45,931 nucleotides of DNA from Leucoraja ocellata (GCA_036785375.1 JAWMAR010001356.1:248001-293931), one strand, 5' to 3'; positions 1 to 10,610 are shown, counted from the stretch's first letter. The notes: generated by a model from the letters alone, not told the origin. A program made the numbers and translations.

Positions 1-245
1 TAGCATAGAAATAGACCCTTCTGCCAACAAAATCCAGGGCCACTCACAAGTTCCACGTTATCACACTATCGCATTCACCCCCGACCCACCCGGGTCAATC
101 ACCCAGGTCATTTAACCTGCAAACCTGCACTCTTTTGGGTTGTGGGAGGAAAGCTGAGCACCAGTAAGAAACCACAGGGAGAACGCACAGTTCTCACCGT
201 CTGCACCTGATTTCGGGAACGAAGTCTGGTCTCTGGCGCTACAAC
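1..245 (-). mobile_element. Degenerate tRNA-derived V-SINE (HE1-like)
   Basis: Reverse complement of the V-SINE core (GTTCTCCC...TTTCCTCCCACA) plus a LINE-derived tail. Similar to 13955-14255. Confidence 0.6.
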
Positions 246-810
246 TTGTCATTCGGCTCCCCTCTATGGGACTTGTCTTTCGCCACAGGCTGCGTGACCC
301 TCTAGGCGTTTGCAACATTTACTGTTCCTATTTATGATTTCTAGTAATATATTCTTATTTTTATTTTTAAACATATATCTTCTTTGCGTTCATTGAAATA
401 ACATAATCGGACAACAGAAATACCCGGTCGCTGCCACTCGAATTGAACGTACAAACACGTCAAACTGCGCAACAATATCGTCTCCCACAGTGACCGGCTG
501 AATCATACCGCCGATGGGATTAATCACATAACACAAATTTGCTGAACCTCCACAAAAATCCAAATATCTCTGTCTAAAAACCACCGAAATTCATTGTTCC
601 AATGACCACAGAGCCAATTATTGTTGAAATTAAGATGAATAACACAATACACGTGGATTAACATTTCCATATAATGTGAATTTCCTTCAGTTCCTCTGTA
701 CCCAGTACACCCGGTACATTGTCATTCTATAGATCGCGTTTCACGGATTTTGCTTTCTTAGCTTTGCTGTAACATTGGTTCACATGGCCAACTCATTGTA
801 CTTCAAGATA

Positions 811-906
811 GACAAAACAAGTTGGAGTAACTCAGCGGGAGAGGCAGAGTTACTCCAGCTTTGTGTCAATCGGCAGCGTAAATCAGCATCCACTATTCCT
901 TCCTAT
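811..906. mobile_element. Short Penelope-derived hairpin insertion with 18-bp TSD
   Basis: TCATTGTACTTCAAGATA at 793-810 and 907-924. Internal inverted repeat TGGAGTAACTC/GAGTTACTCCA. Similar to the arms of the 1106 and 3320 elements. Confidence 0.65.
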
Positions 907-1105
907 TCATTGTACTTCAAGATATATAACTGCGCAATTAACCCTGACCCTTGCACTTCTGTGTGTTGCTGCAAGATATTTTTACTTCTTCCATGCAAGT
1001 TTTGTTAGCGATTGGATTAAAGGTGGCAAGGCGATTTCACCAATTAATACATACACTTTAAAAACTTGAACATTTTACACCCAGGATTTATCCGTTACTA
1101 TGTTT

Positions 1106-1331
1106 AAGAAGGAACTGCAGATGCTGGAGAATCGAAGGTAGACAAAAAAGCTGGAGAAACTCAGCGGGTGCAGCAGCATCTATGGAGCGAAGGAAATAGG
1201 CAACGTTTCGGGCCGAAACCCTTCTTCAGTCTGAAGTCTGAAGAAGGGTTTCGGCCCGAAACGTTGCCTATTTCCTTCGCTCCATAGATGCTGCTGCACC
1301 CGCTGAGTTTCTCCAGCTTTTTTGTGTACCT
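1106..1331. mobile_element. Palindromic Penelope-derived non-autonomous insertion in the J-C intron, 19-bp TSD
   Basis: 95-bp inverted arms (1135-1229 and 1238-1332) with one mismatch. TSD TTTATCCGTT(A/C)CTATGTTT at 1087-1105 and 1332-1350. Confidence 0.8.
1238..1265 (+). ncRNA. Minimal type I hammerhead ribozyme motif (mirror copy on minus strand, 1229-1202)
   Basis: CTGAAGA, A-GGGT TTCG GCCC (helix II), GAAAC GTT. This is the CUGANGA/GAAA/NUH core with a palindromic ACGT helix III, as described for Penelope-like elements. Confidence 0.65.
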
Positions 1332-1740
1332 TTTATCCGTTCCTATGTTTGTTTCATATGCGCTGAGAAGAAACAAACTGAGACCAAGTGAGACCTGCTG
1401 TTGATTAGAAAATACAGTTCGATGCATCGCAGATCAAGGACCACCACAATCTCAAACAATTAGAAAGCACAGTGAAAGCAAATTGATGCACAATGTTCCA
1501 CTAATTTGGAACTAAACCGCATCCACTTCATAGTCAAAGGATCGAAAGTCATAGCACATAAGGCGTTTAAATCGGCAATCTCACTGCAGCAAAATCACAT
1601 AACATTCTAAAGCAACATCGAACCAGCATTGCAATGAATGGGTAATTAATGTAGAAGAACAATTTAATATAATTATTAGAAATATAGGTTAAAATTACAA
1701 CTGGATACATCTAGAGACTGAATATGATGAAGTTTCTTAC

Positions 1741-1783
1741 CGCTGGTTACCGTCACCATGCTGCCTCCTCCCCAGTATTCAAG
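1741..1783 (-). CDS. IGHJ: Heavy-chain-type J segment LEYWGGGSMVTVTS
   Basis: WGxG and VTVTS motifs, 14 codons plus 1 nt, then a GTAAGA phase-1 donor. Preceded by the 12-RSS. Confidence 0.93.
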
Positions 1784-1811
1784 CACAGTGAGACAGACCC
1801 GCACAAAAACC
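1784..1811 (+). other. J recombination signal sequence, 12-bp spacer, perfect consensus
   Basis: CACAGTG (1784-1790) + AGACAGACCCGC (12 nt) + ACAAAAACC (1803-1811), abutting the J coding end. Confidence 0.96.
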
Positions 1812-2147
1812 TCACATACAGTCCACACTCAGGTTTCATTTGAAACACGATTTTAAATGGTCCAGCAGTTCACAGAGAACACAGTAAATATACATAACAC
1901 CAACAATCTCCCTTCGTCTCACTTGCGTTATGGAATGAGTATATTTTCGTGGTCTATGATTTTACACAACGCTATCGGTATGCGTGAGGCGAATATAAAA
2001 AACCTCATACATTTGGTTACATTTTTGAATATCGTGTTGGATTTGCGAATGGTAGTTTGCCTCCATTTCCCGACTGTTATTATAGCTGTTGAAATAATTG
2101 CTCACCTCTAGTCTTTGATGGTAAAAGCTGGACTTCCCAACCGTTGC

Positions 2148-2186
2148 CGTTGTTGTACGGGTCTGACATTGAATGCTCACACTGTG
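2148..2186 (-). other. V recombination signal sequence, 23-bp spacer
   Basis: CACAGTG (2186-2180) + 23 nt + ACAACAACG (2156-2148). The nonamer matches ACAAAAACC at 7/9 positions. Confidence 0.88.
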
Positions 2187-2490
2187 TCTGTCGCACAGTA
2201 ATAGACAGCGGTGTCTTCGATCTTCAGGTTCCTGGCGATCACGGTGAACATATTATTCGAATTGTCTTTGGACGGAGTAAATCGGCTCTCGATCCCTGGA
2301 GCGAAATGCTTGTTAGAAGAACTGTAGTAGCGAAGCAGCCACTCCAGCCCCTGCCCGGGGACCTGACGGACCAAATGCATCGCGTAGCTGCTAAGAGTGA
2401 ACCCGCTGGTTTTACAGGTCAGTGTGATGGAGCCTCCAGGAACGGCGGTCCCTGTCTTGGGCTGAGTGAGAACGACATCGGAATGGACAC
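2187..2490 (-). CDS. IGHV: Unrearranged VH exon, chondrichthyan IgM-like: (R)[100 protein letters not shown]
   Basis: Open frame with both V-domain cysteines, the GQGLEW and EDTAVYYC motifs, a splice acceptor, and an RSS directly downstream. Isotype is not fixed without the C exons. Confidence 0.93.
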
Positions 2491-2667
2491 CTGCAAGTTA
2501 AAAAAAGGCATGAATGGCGAGGATAAAATATTGACCATTAATCCCCCACTCTAATTATCAATAGGAAATACATTGAGAGGGTTCTAGAGTGGGTAGAAGG
2601 GGAATGGTGTCTGTAGGGGATATGCCACTGACAAATGCGTGAGGAATTTGTCCAACTCATTACTCAC

Positions 2668-2713
2668 GGACTATTAACGCCAGGAACAGACTGAGTGAAA
2701 CCGCAGACATCAT
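2668..2713 (-). CDS. IGHV: Ig heavy-chain V gene leader exon (MMSAVSLSLFLALIV, phase-1 intron)
   Basis: ATG at 2713, 15 hydrophobic codons plus 1 nt, then GTGAGT donor. Splices in frame across a 177-bp intron to the V exon (TTGCAG acceptor ending at 2491). Confidence 0.9.
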
Positions 2714-2805
2714 CCCGCTGGGAAGTGTGACCCGGTTGTTTCTGTACAGAACCTCGCAACAAACCCACTGCAAGGAAGTTGGACTTCGGCCCCTCTTAGA
2801 GAGAA

Positions 2806-2914
2806 TTAAATACCCGGCAAAAGTGGGCGCGGCTGTGGGTGGGACCAGTGGTGCAGCGGGCGGAGCTGAGACACGGCTCCAAACTCAACAGCGAGATGGA
2901 CTCACGATATCACA
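2806..2914 (-). promoter_or_regulatory. Putative V promoter: TATA-like TATTTAA, GC box, decamer-like TGTGATATCG
   Basis: TATTTAA at 2812-2806 is ~95 bp upstream of the ATG. GGGCGG is at 2858-2863 and TGTGATATCG at 2914-2905. No ATGCAAAT octamer was seen. Confidence 0.45.
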
Positions 2915-3146
2915 TCTATTAACTGATACACATGCACACGAGGTTAATAAAACAGCGTACTAATCCGCCCCTTACACAATATAAACTCACGGTATAGTTG
3001 TAAATAAGATGAATAAGATGGTTGAAAGATTGGTCTCATCGTGCAGTTTTTCGTAAAATATGTTCGGAATTCCTCAAATTTATATTAAAATGCTTCGTGG
3101 TGTGCGTGTGCTTGCGTGTGTGAGAGGGAGAGAGAGGAGAGAGGAG

Positions 3147-3318
3147 NNNNNNNNNNNNNNNNNNNNNNNNNNNNNNNNNNNNNNNNNNNNNNNNNNNNNN
3201 NNNNNNNNNNNNNNNNNNNNNNNNNNNNNNNNNNNNNNNNNNNNNNNNNNNNNNNNNNNNNNNNNNNNNNNNNNNNNNNNNNNNNNNNNNNNNNNNNNNN
3301 NNNNNNNNNNNNNNNNNN
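3147..3318. other. Assembly gap after a (GA)n tract
   Basis: Run of N. Confidence 1.
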
Positions 3319-3319
3319 T

Positions 3320-3505
3320 TAGGTAGACATAAAATGCTGGAGAAACTCAGCGGGCCAGGCAGCATCTCTGGAGAGAAGGAATGTGTGACGTTTTGGGTCG
3401 AGAGCCTTCTTCAGACCTCCAGAGACACTGCCTGTCCCACTGAGTTACTCCAGCATTTTGTGTCTAGCTTCATTTAAAGCAGCATCTGCAGTTCTTTCCT
3501 ACACA
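3320..3505. mobile_element. Penelope-derived inverted-repeat element with a degenerate hammerhead motif on the minus strand
   Basis: Arms ATGCTGGAGAAACTCAG / CTGAGTTACTCCAGCAT. The minus strand reads CTGAAGAAGGCTCTCGACCCAAAACGTC. Confidence 0.7.
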
Positions 3506-3852
3506 TTCGTTGTTATCAATATGAGCCGTTCGAACAATATTGGGACTGTCCATTCCAATATCAAGATACATTTATTTGTCACATGTCCCAGTTGGTACAG
3601 TGAAATGTGTGGTCACCGTACAGCCATACAGATAACATGTCAATATCGAGATTGGTTACAAAAAAGGCAGTAGAGGAAATTGGTAACAAAGCAAACACAA
3701 CATTCTATTAAAATGTCATGAAGAGATGGGAAGGAAATTAATGGATGGCATAGTGCAGGAGGGGAATTGTAGATCTGTGGAGCGATTGGAGAAATGATCG
3801 GCATTAGGGATGATTCATGTGATGTTGATTTTCAGATGCTGCTTCCAATGAG

Positions 3853-4441
3853 CATAGAAACATAGAAACATAGAAAATAGGTGCAGGAGTAGGCGATTCG
3901 GCCCTTCGAGCCTGCACCGCCATTCAATATGATCATGGCTGATCATTCAACTCAGTATCCCGTACCTGCCTTCTCTCCATACCCCCGATCCCTTTAGCCA
4001 CAAGGGCCACATCTAACACCCTCGTAAATATAGCCAATGAACTGGCCTCAACTACCCTCTGTGGCAGAGAATTCCACAGATTCACCACTCTCTGTGTGAA
4101 AAATGTTTTTCTCATCTCGGTCCTAAAGGATTTCCCCTTTATCCTTAAACTGTGACCCCTTGTCCTGCACTTCCCCAACATCGGGAACAATCTTCCTGCA
4201 TCTAGCCTGTCCAACCCCTTAAGAATTTTGTAAGTTTCTATAAGATCCCCCCACAATCCTCTAATTTCTAGCGAGTACAAGCCAAGTCTATCCAGTCTTT
4301 CTTCATATGGAAGTCCTGACATCCCAGGAATCAGTCTGGTGAACCTTCTCTGCACCCCCTCTATGGCAAGAATGTCTTTCCTCAGATTTGGAGACCAAAA
4401 CTGTACGCAATACACCAGGTGTGGTCTCACCAGGACCCTGT
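3853..4441 (-). mobile_element. CR1-type LINE, 5'-truncated 3' end
   Basis: ORF2 C-terminus RPHLVYCVQFWSP...RTRGHSL, 3' stem-loop, (TTTCTATG)n tail. Confidence 0.92.
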
Positions 4442-4560
4442 TGAATGAAGGCCCATTCTAACCAATCAATCATTGAGCATATTTGTTGGATAGTGTTTCA
4501 ATGGACTGGTAGGGCGGATGGTGTAGAAAAATCTAATAGAGATATCTGAAGAGATATCAC

Positions 4561-6000
4561 TGTACTCACTCTATACTCATGACTGCGTAGCCGGTCACAG
4601 TGCCAACTCCATCATCAAGTTCGCTGACGACACAACTATTATGGGACGTATCACTGATGGGGATGAGTCAGAGTATAGAAGAGAGATCGAGCAACAGTCC
4701 ATATGGTGCCAGCACAATAACCTGGCCCTCAACACCAGCAAAACCAAGGAATTGATTGTGGACTTTAGAAGGAGTAGGATGGGGACCCACAGCCCCATTT
4801 ATATCAACGGGTCGATGGTTGAAAGGGTCAAGAGCTTCAAATTCCTGGGCGTGCACATCTCTGAAGATCTTTCCTGGTCCGAGAACACTGATGCAATTAT
4901 TAAGAAAGCTCATCAGCGCCTCTACTTCCTGAGAAGATTACGGAGAGTCGGTTTGTCAATGAAGATTCTCACTAACTTCTACAGGTGTACAGTAGAGAGC
5001 ATGCTGACCGGCTGCACCGTGGCTTGGTTCGGCAACTTGAGCGCCCTGGAGAGGAAAAGACTACAAAAAGTAGTAAACATTGCCCAGTCCATCATCAACT
5101 CTGACTTCCCTTCCATCGAGGGGATTTATCGCAGTCGCTGCCTCAAAAAGGCTGGCAGTATGATCAAGGACCCACACCATCCTGGCCACACACTCATCTC
5201 CCTGCTACCTTCAGGTAGAAGGTACAGGAGCCTGAAGACGGATCATCAATCAGGCAAGCAAAATAACTGGCAAAACTCAAAATCAATTATCAGTACTCCA
5301 CACCCAGGCAGTTAAAAGGAAAGCCAATCTCATTACACAGGATCCCACCCACTCCCTGCACAAGTCTTTCCAACTTCTGCCATCAGGCCGCCGATATAAA
5401 GTCCCCCTATCCAAGAAAAACATCCACAAAAACTCATTCATACCCATTGCCATAAACAGCTTCAATAAACAATGAACAATGGACAAATTAACCCTGACGC
5501 ATTGTCACTTTACACGTATCCACAACTTTTATCTTGTCTATTTTTACAGTTTTTAATCTTTATATTTGCTTTTAAGATCGATACACACTGTGTGTGCTCG
5601 CAGAAATCTGTGTTGTATGACTGCTTATCAGTACATTGTCCTGTCTATATGTTGAGCCACGTCAAAGAAGATTTTCTGTTACGACAGACAATAAAGTTTT
5701 CTGAATCTGAATCTGAATCTGAATCTGAACAACCAGGTTCAGGAATAGCTACTTCCCCACAGCCATCAGGCTATTAAACCTGGCTCGGACAAAACTCTGA
5801 ACATTAATAGCCCATTATCTGTTATTTGCACTTCATCAGTTTATTTATTCATGTGTGTATATATTTATATTACGGTATATGGACACACTGGTCTGTTTTG
5901 TAGTCATGCCTACTATGTTCTGTTGTACTGAAGCAAAGCAAGAATTTCATTGTCCTATCAGTGACACATGACAATAAACTCTCTTAAATCTGGAATCTTG
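4561..6000 (+). mobile_element. Rex1/Babar-type LINE 3' portion, interrupted at ~5239-5727
   Basis: KFADDTT...WCQHNNLALNTSKTKELIVDFRR...LLPSGRRYRS. It resumes at ~5728 (ACAACCAGGTTCAGGAATAGC) and continues into the 3' UTR. Confidence 0.85.
5239..5727 (+). mobile_element. Nested second Rex1-like LINE 3' fragment ending in (TCTGAA)n
   Basis: Encodes DPTHSLHKSFQLLPSGRRYK, followed by AATAAA and a TCTGAA repeat tail. Confidence 0.75.
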
Positions 6001-6119
6001 AGTTATCTGAGGAGATAGATAGAAACAGTAGTTACCCGATTTGTGAGGAAAACACGAGGAGTATTGAAAATTTTAATGTGCATACGGGCAATTATAGTTT
6101 CCTGCACTCCAAAATAGCA

Positions 6120-7176
6120 TTCTTCTTAAACTTAAAGCATACGGTATTGGGGGATCAGTATTGATGTGGATAGAGAACTGGCTGGCAGACAGGATGCAAA
6201 GAGTAGGAGTAAATGGGTCCTTTTCACAATGGTAGGCAGTGACTAGTGGGGTACCGCAAGGCTCAGTGCTGGGACCCCAGCTATTTACAATATATATTAA
6301 TGATTTGGACGAGGGAATTGAATGCAACATCTCCAAGTTTGTGGATGACACGAAGCTGGGGGCAGCGTGAGCCCCCCAGCTTCCACAGTTTAAGGATAAG
6401 GGGGAAATTATTATTTAAATGGTGGCCGATTAGGAAAAGGGGAGTTGCAACGAGACCTGGGTGTCATGGTACACCAGTTATTGACAGTAGGCATGCAGGT
6501 GCAGCAGGCAGTGAAGAAAGCGAATGGTATGTTAGCATTCATAGCAAAAGGATTTGAGTATAGGAGCAGGGAGGTTCTACTGCAGTTGTACAGGGTCTTG
6601 GTGAGACCACACCTGGAGTATTGCATTCAGTTTTGGTCTCCTAATCTGAGGAAAGACATTCTTGCCATAGAGGGAGTACAGAGAAGGTTCACCAGACTGA
6701 TTCCTGGGATGTCAGGACTTTCATATGAAGAGAGACTGGATAGACTCGGCTTGTACTCGCTAGAATTTAGAAGATTGAAGAGGGATCTTATAGAAACTTA
6801 CAAAATTCTTAAGGGGTTGGACAGGCTAGATGCAGGAAGAATGTTCCCGATGTTGGGGAAATCCAGGACAAGGGGTCACAGTTTAAGGATAAATGTGAAA
6901 TCCTTTAGAACCGAGATGAGAAAAACATTTTTCACACAGAGAGTGGTGAATCTCTGGAATTCAATGCCACAGAAGATAGTTGAGGCCAATTCATTGGCTA
7001 TATTTACGAGGGTGTTAGATGTGGCCCTTGTGGTTAAAGGTATCAGGGGGTATGGAGAGAAGGCAGGTACAGGATACTGAATTGGATGATCAGCCATGAT
7101 CATATTGAATGGCGGTGCAGGCTCGAAGGGCCGAATGGCCTACTCCTGCACCTATTTCCTATGTTTCTATGTTTCT
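6120..7176 (+). mobile_element. CR1-type LINE RT/3' fragment with an internal rearrangement near 6365-6410
   Basis: [12 protein letters not shown] motif, ORF 6445-7080, standard tail. Confidence 0.92.
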
Positions 7177-7462
7177 AAATCTTTTAGGACCGAGACGAGA
7201 AAAATATTTTTCACACGGTGGTGAATCTCTGGAATTCTCTGCCACAGCAGATAGTTGAGGCCAGTTCATTGGCTATATTTAAGAGGGAGTTAGATGTGGC
7301 CCTTGTGGCTAAAGGGATCAGGGGGTATGGAGAGAACGCAGGTACAGGATACTGAGACATGGATGATCAGCCATGATCATATTGAATGGCGGTGCAAGCT
7401 CGAAGGGCAGAATGGCCTACTCCTGCACCTATTGTCTGTGTTCTATGTTTCTATGTTTCTAT
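7177..7462 (+). mobile_element. Second CR1-type 3' tail directly in tandem
   Basis: Repeats the last ~280 bp of the preceding element and ends in (TTTCTATG)n. Confidence 0.88.
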
Positions 7463-7915
7463 GACTTGAATTTTAATTTATCATTGTATTTTCTATGCAT
7501 CTGTGAATTTGTCACGTGTGGCATTCAAATGTATGCATTGATCCCAGCCATTGTTAAAGCAATAAATAAAGGGATATGATACATGTTCTCAGTTAACCTA
7601 GGTTTGTAGAAAATATTATTGACTAACATCATCCATATGCACTTCAACTTTATTTTTACAGGAGAGAATGTTGACAATTTAAAATAAATGTTTCTGATGT
7701 CATCTGTTCAGAGATTTGCATTTCTTTCTCACTTTATCTGTTTCTCGCCTCTGGGGAAATATTGATTCTGTTTCTGTCCTTCAGTAAACAAACCTGGGTT
7801 GGGGCTGTTGAAATCAGCGTTTATTTAAATCTGCTCATCTCTGTTTCCAGCCATTTTTAGACCACGACAAACAAGGCAATGAAGGTATCATTCTCGACGG
7901 CGATTATATGTTTTA

Positions 7916-8007
7916 ATGAAGGTACACAAAATTGTTGGAGAAACTCAGCGGGTGCAGCAGCATCTATGGGACGAAGAAAATAGGCGACGTTTCGGGCCGA
8001 AACCCTT
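7916..8007 (-). mobile_element. Single-arm copy of the Penelope-derived hammerhead repeat
   Basis: Close match to 1135-1222. The CTGAAGA part is missing. Confidence 0.75.
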
Positions 8008-8215
8008 AATGATATTGGCAGTTGGCGCGAATCAACTGAATTCTCACAGGGAGTCTATTTTATCATATCTTGTTCAAATAAAATTATGTGATTTTATATT
8101 ACGGATTCACTCCAGAATATTAGTTTGCTGTTCACTTGAATCTCCACTTGAAGAAATATCTAAGCATGCGAGGTCAATGGAGGAATCGAGTTCTTTCCAC
8201 ACCTCCACTGTAGGT

Positions 8216-8541
8216 NNNNNNNNNNNNNNNNNNNNNNNNNNNNNNNNNNNNNNNNNNNNNNNNNNNNNNNNNNNNNNNNNNNNNNNNNNNNNNNNNNNNN
8301 NNNNNNNNNNNNNNNNNNNNNNNNNNNNNNNNNNNNNNNNNNNNNNNNNNNNNNNNNNNNNNNNNNNNNNNNNNNNNNNNNNNNNNNNNNNNNNNNNNNN
8401 NNNNNNNNNNNNNNNNNNNNNNNNNNNNNNNNNNNNNNNNNNNNNNNNNNNNNNNNNNNNNNNNNNNNNNNNNNNNNNNNNNNNNNNNNNNNNNNNNNNN
8501 NNNNNNNNNNNNNNNNNNNNNNNNNNNNNNNNNNNNNNNNN
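8216..8541. other. Assembly gap
   Basis: Run of N. Confidence 1.
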
Positions 8542-8631
8542 CCATGTACTTCCAGGCCCAAGTAAGAATTTAATTGTACCGCTTTCAGCACATGAAAATT
8601 ATACATTCTTGATACTTGACGCGTCATGTGT

Positions 8632-10610
8632 TAGAAACATAGAGGAAACATAGAAACATGGAAAAATATGTGCAAGAGTAGGCCATTCGGCCCTCCGAAC
8701 AGGAACCACCATTCAACATAATCATGGCTGATCATCTAAATTCAGTACCCCGTTCGTGCTTTTTCCCCATATCCCTTGATTCCATTTGTCCTAAGAGCTA
8801 AATCTAACTCTCTCTTGAAAAGATCCAGAGAATTGGCTCTGCTGCCTTCTGTGGCAGATAATTCTGCAGATTTACAAGTCCCTGGGTGAATTTTTTTATC
8901 CTCATCTCAGTCCTACATGGCCTATCCCTTATTCTTAAACCATGACCTCTGGTTCTGGACTCCCCCAACGTCGGGAAAATGTTTCCTGCATCTAGCCCCT
9001 CAGTCCCACCATCCCGGGAATTAACCTGGTGAACCTACTCTGCACTCCCTCAATAGCAATAATGTCCTTCCTGAAATTTGGAGACCAAAATTGCACACAA
9101 TACTCCAGGTGTTGTCTCACCTGGGCCCTGTACAACTACAGTAGGACCTCCTTGCTCCAAAACTCAAATCCTCTCGCAATGAAGGCCAACATGCCTTTAG
9201 ATTTCTTCACTGCCTGCCGTACCTGCACGCTCACTTTCAGGACTGATGTACAAGCACACCAGGTCTTGTTGCACCTCCCCTTTTCCAAATCTGACACCAT
9301 TCAGATAATAAACTGCCTTCCTGTTCTTGCCACCAAAATGGGTAACCTCACATGTATCCACATTATACTGCATGCATCTGTCTTATTTTAAGTCACCTTG
9401 CAGCCTTATAGCATCCTCATCGCAGCTCCCACTGCCACCCAGCTTTGCGCCATCCGTAAATTTAACTTGGAAATGACACATTTAATTCCCTCGTCTAAAT
9501 CGTTAATAAATATTGTAAATAACTGGGGTCCCAGCCCCGAGCCTTGCCACACATCATTTGTCACTGCCTGGCATTCTGAAAAGGACCAGTTATGCCTACT
9601 CTTTGCTTCCTGTCTGACAACCAGTTCTCTATCCATGTCAATACCCTTCCCCCATTACCATGTGATCTAATTATGCACACTAATCTCTTGTGTGGGACCT
9701 TGTCAAAGGTTTTTTGAAAGTCCAGATACACCACATCTACTGGCTCTCCCTTATCCATTCTACTTGTTGCTTCCTCAAAAAATTCCAGAAGATTAGTCAA
9801 GCATGATTTCCCTTCATAAAGCCATGCAGGCTTTGACCAATCCTGTCACTGTTTTCCAAATGCGCTGCTATAACATCTTTAATAATCGACTCCAGCATCT
9901 TCCCCACGACCGATGTCAGGCTAACTGGTCTATAATTCCCCGTTTTCTCTCTTCTCCTTTGTTAAAAAGTGGAGTTACATCGGCTGCACTTCAGTCTACA
10001 GGAACGGATCCAGTCGGGAGAATATTGGAAAATGATCACCATTGCATTCACGATTTCTAGAGCCACCTGCTTGAGTACTCTGGGATGCAGACCAACAGGC
10101 CCTGGGGATTTATTTGTCTTCAGCCCCAACAGGTTGCATACACCATTTCCTGACTAACATGGGTTCCCTTCAGTTCCTCCCTCCCACTAAATCCTCGGTC
10201 CCCTTATATTTCTGGGAGATTGTTTGTGTCTTTCTTAGTAAATACTGAACCAAATTACTCGTTTAACTCATCTGCCATTTCCTTGCTTTCCATTAGAAAT
10301 TCACCTGTCTCTGATTGTAAGTGACCTAAGTTTTCTTCACTGATCTTTTCCTTTTTACATATCTAAAGAAGCTATTGCAGTCAGTTTTTATATTCCCCGC
10401 AAGCGTTCTTTCATGTTCTCTTTTCCCGCTCTTAATTAACCTTTTTTTCCTCCCATGTTGAGTTCTAAATTTCTCCCAGTCTTCTGGCCAATTTATATAA
10501 CCTCTTCCCTGGATTTAACACTATCCTTGATTTCCCTCGTTAGTCACGTTGAGCCGCCTTCCCCATATTGTTTCTTTCTCCAGCCGGGGATGAACACATT
10601 TTGGAGTTCA
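8632..10610 (-). mobile_element. Older CR1-type LINE ORF2 with deletions and frameshifts
   Basis: LTNLLEFFE...VDVVYLDFQKTFDKVPH in ORF 9561-9800. Tail at 8632-8660. Confidence 0.9.

Noticed and set aside
486-560. CACAGTG at 486-492 and ACAAAAATC at 552-560 as another RSS
   Set aside because: The spacing fits neither 12 nor 23, and there is no adjacent J- or D-like coding sequence.
390-584. Minus-strand ORF as an Ig constant exon
   Set aside because: No C1-set Cys/Trp pattern and no convincing splice sites.
1871-2004. CACAGAG, CACAGTA and CACAACG+23+ATAAAAAAC as D-segment RSS between V and J
   Set aside because: The first two lack a nonamer. The third has a poor heptamer and no opposing RSS. 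At most a relic or cryptic site.
3036-8653. ORFs spanning N runs (also 22932-23277)
   Set aside because: Artefacts of assembly gaps.
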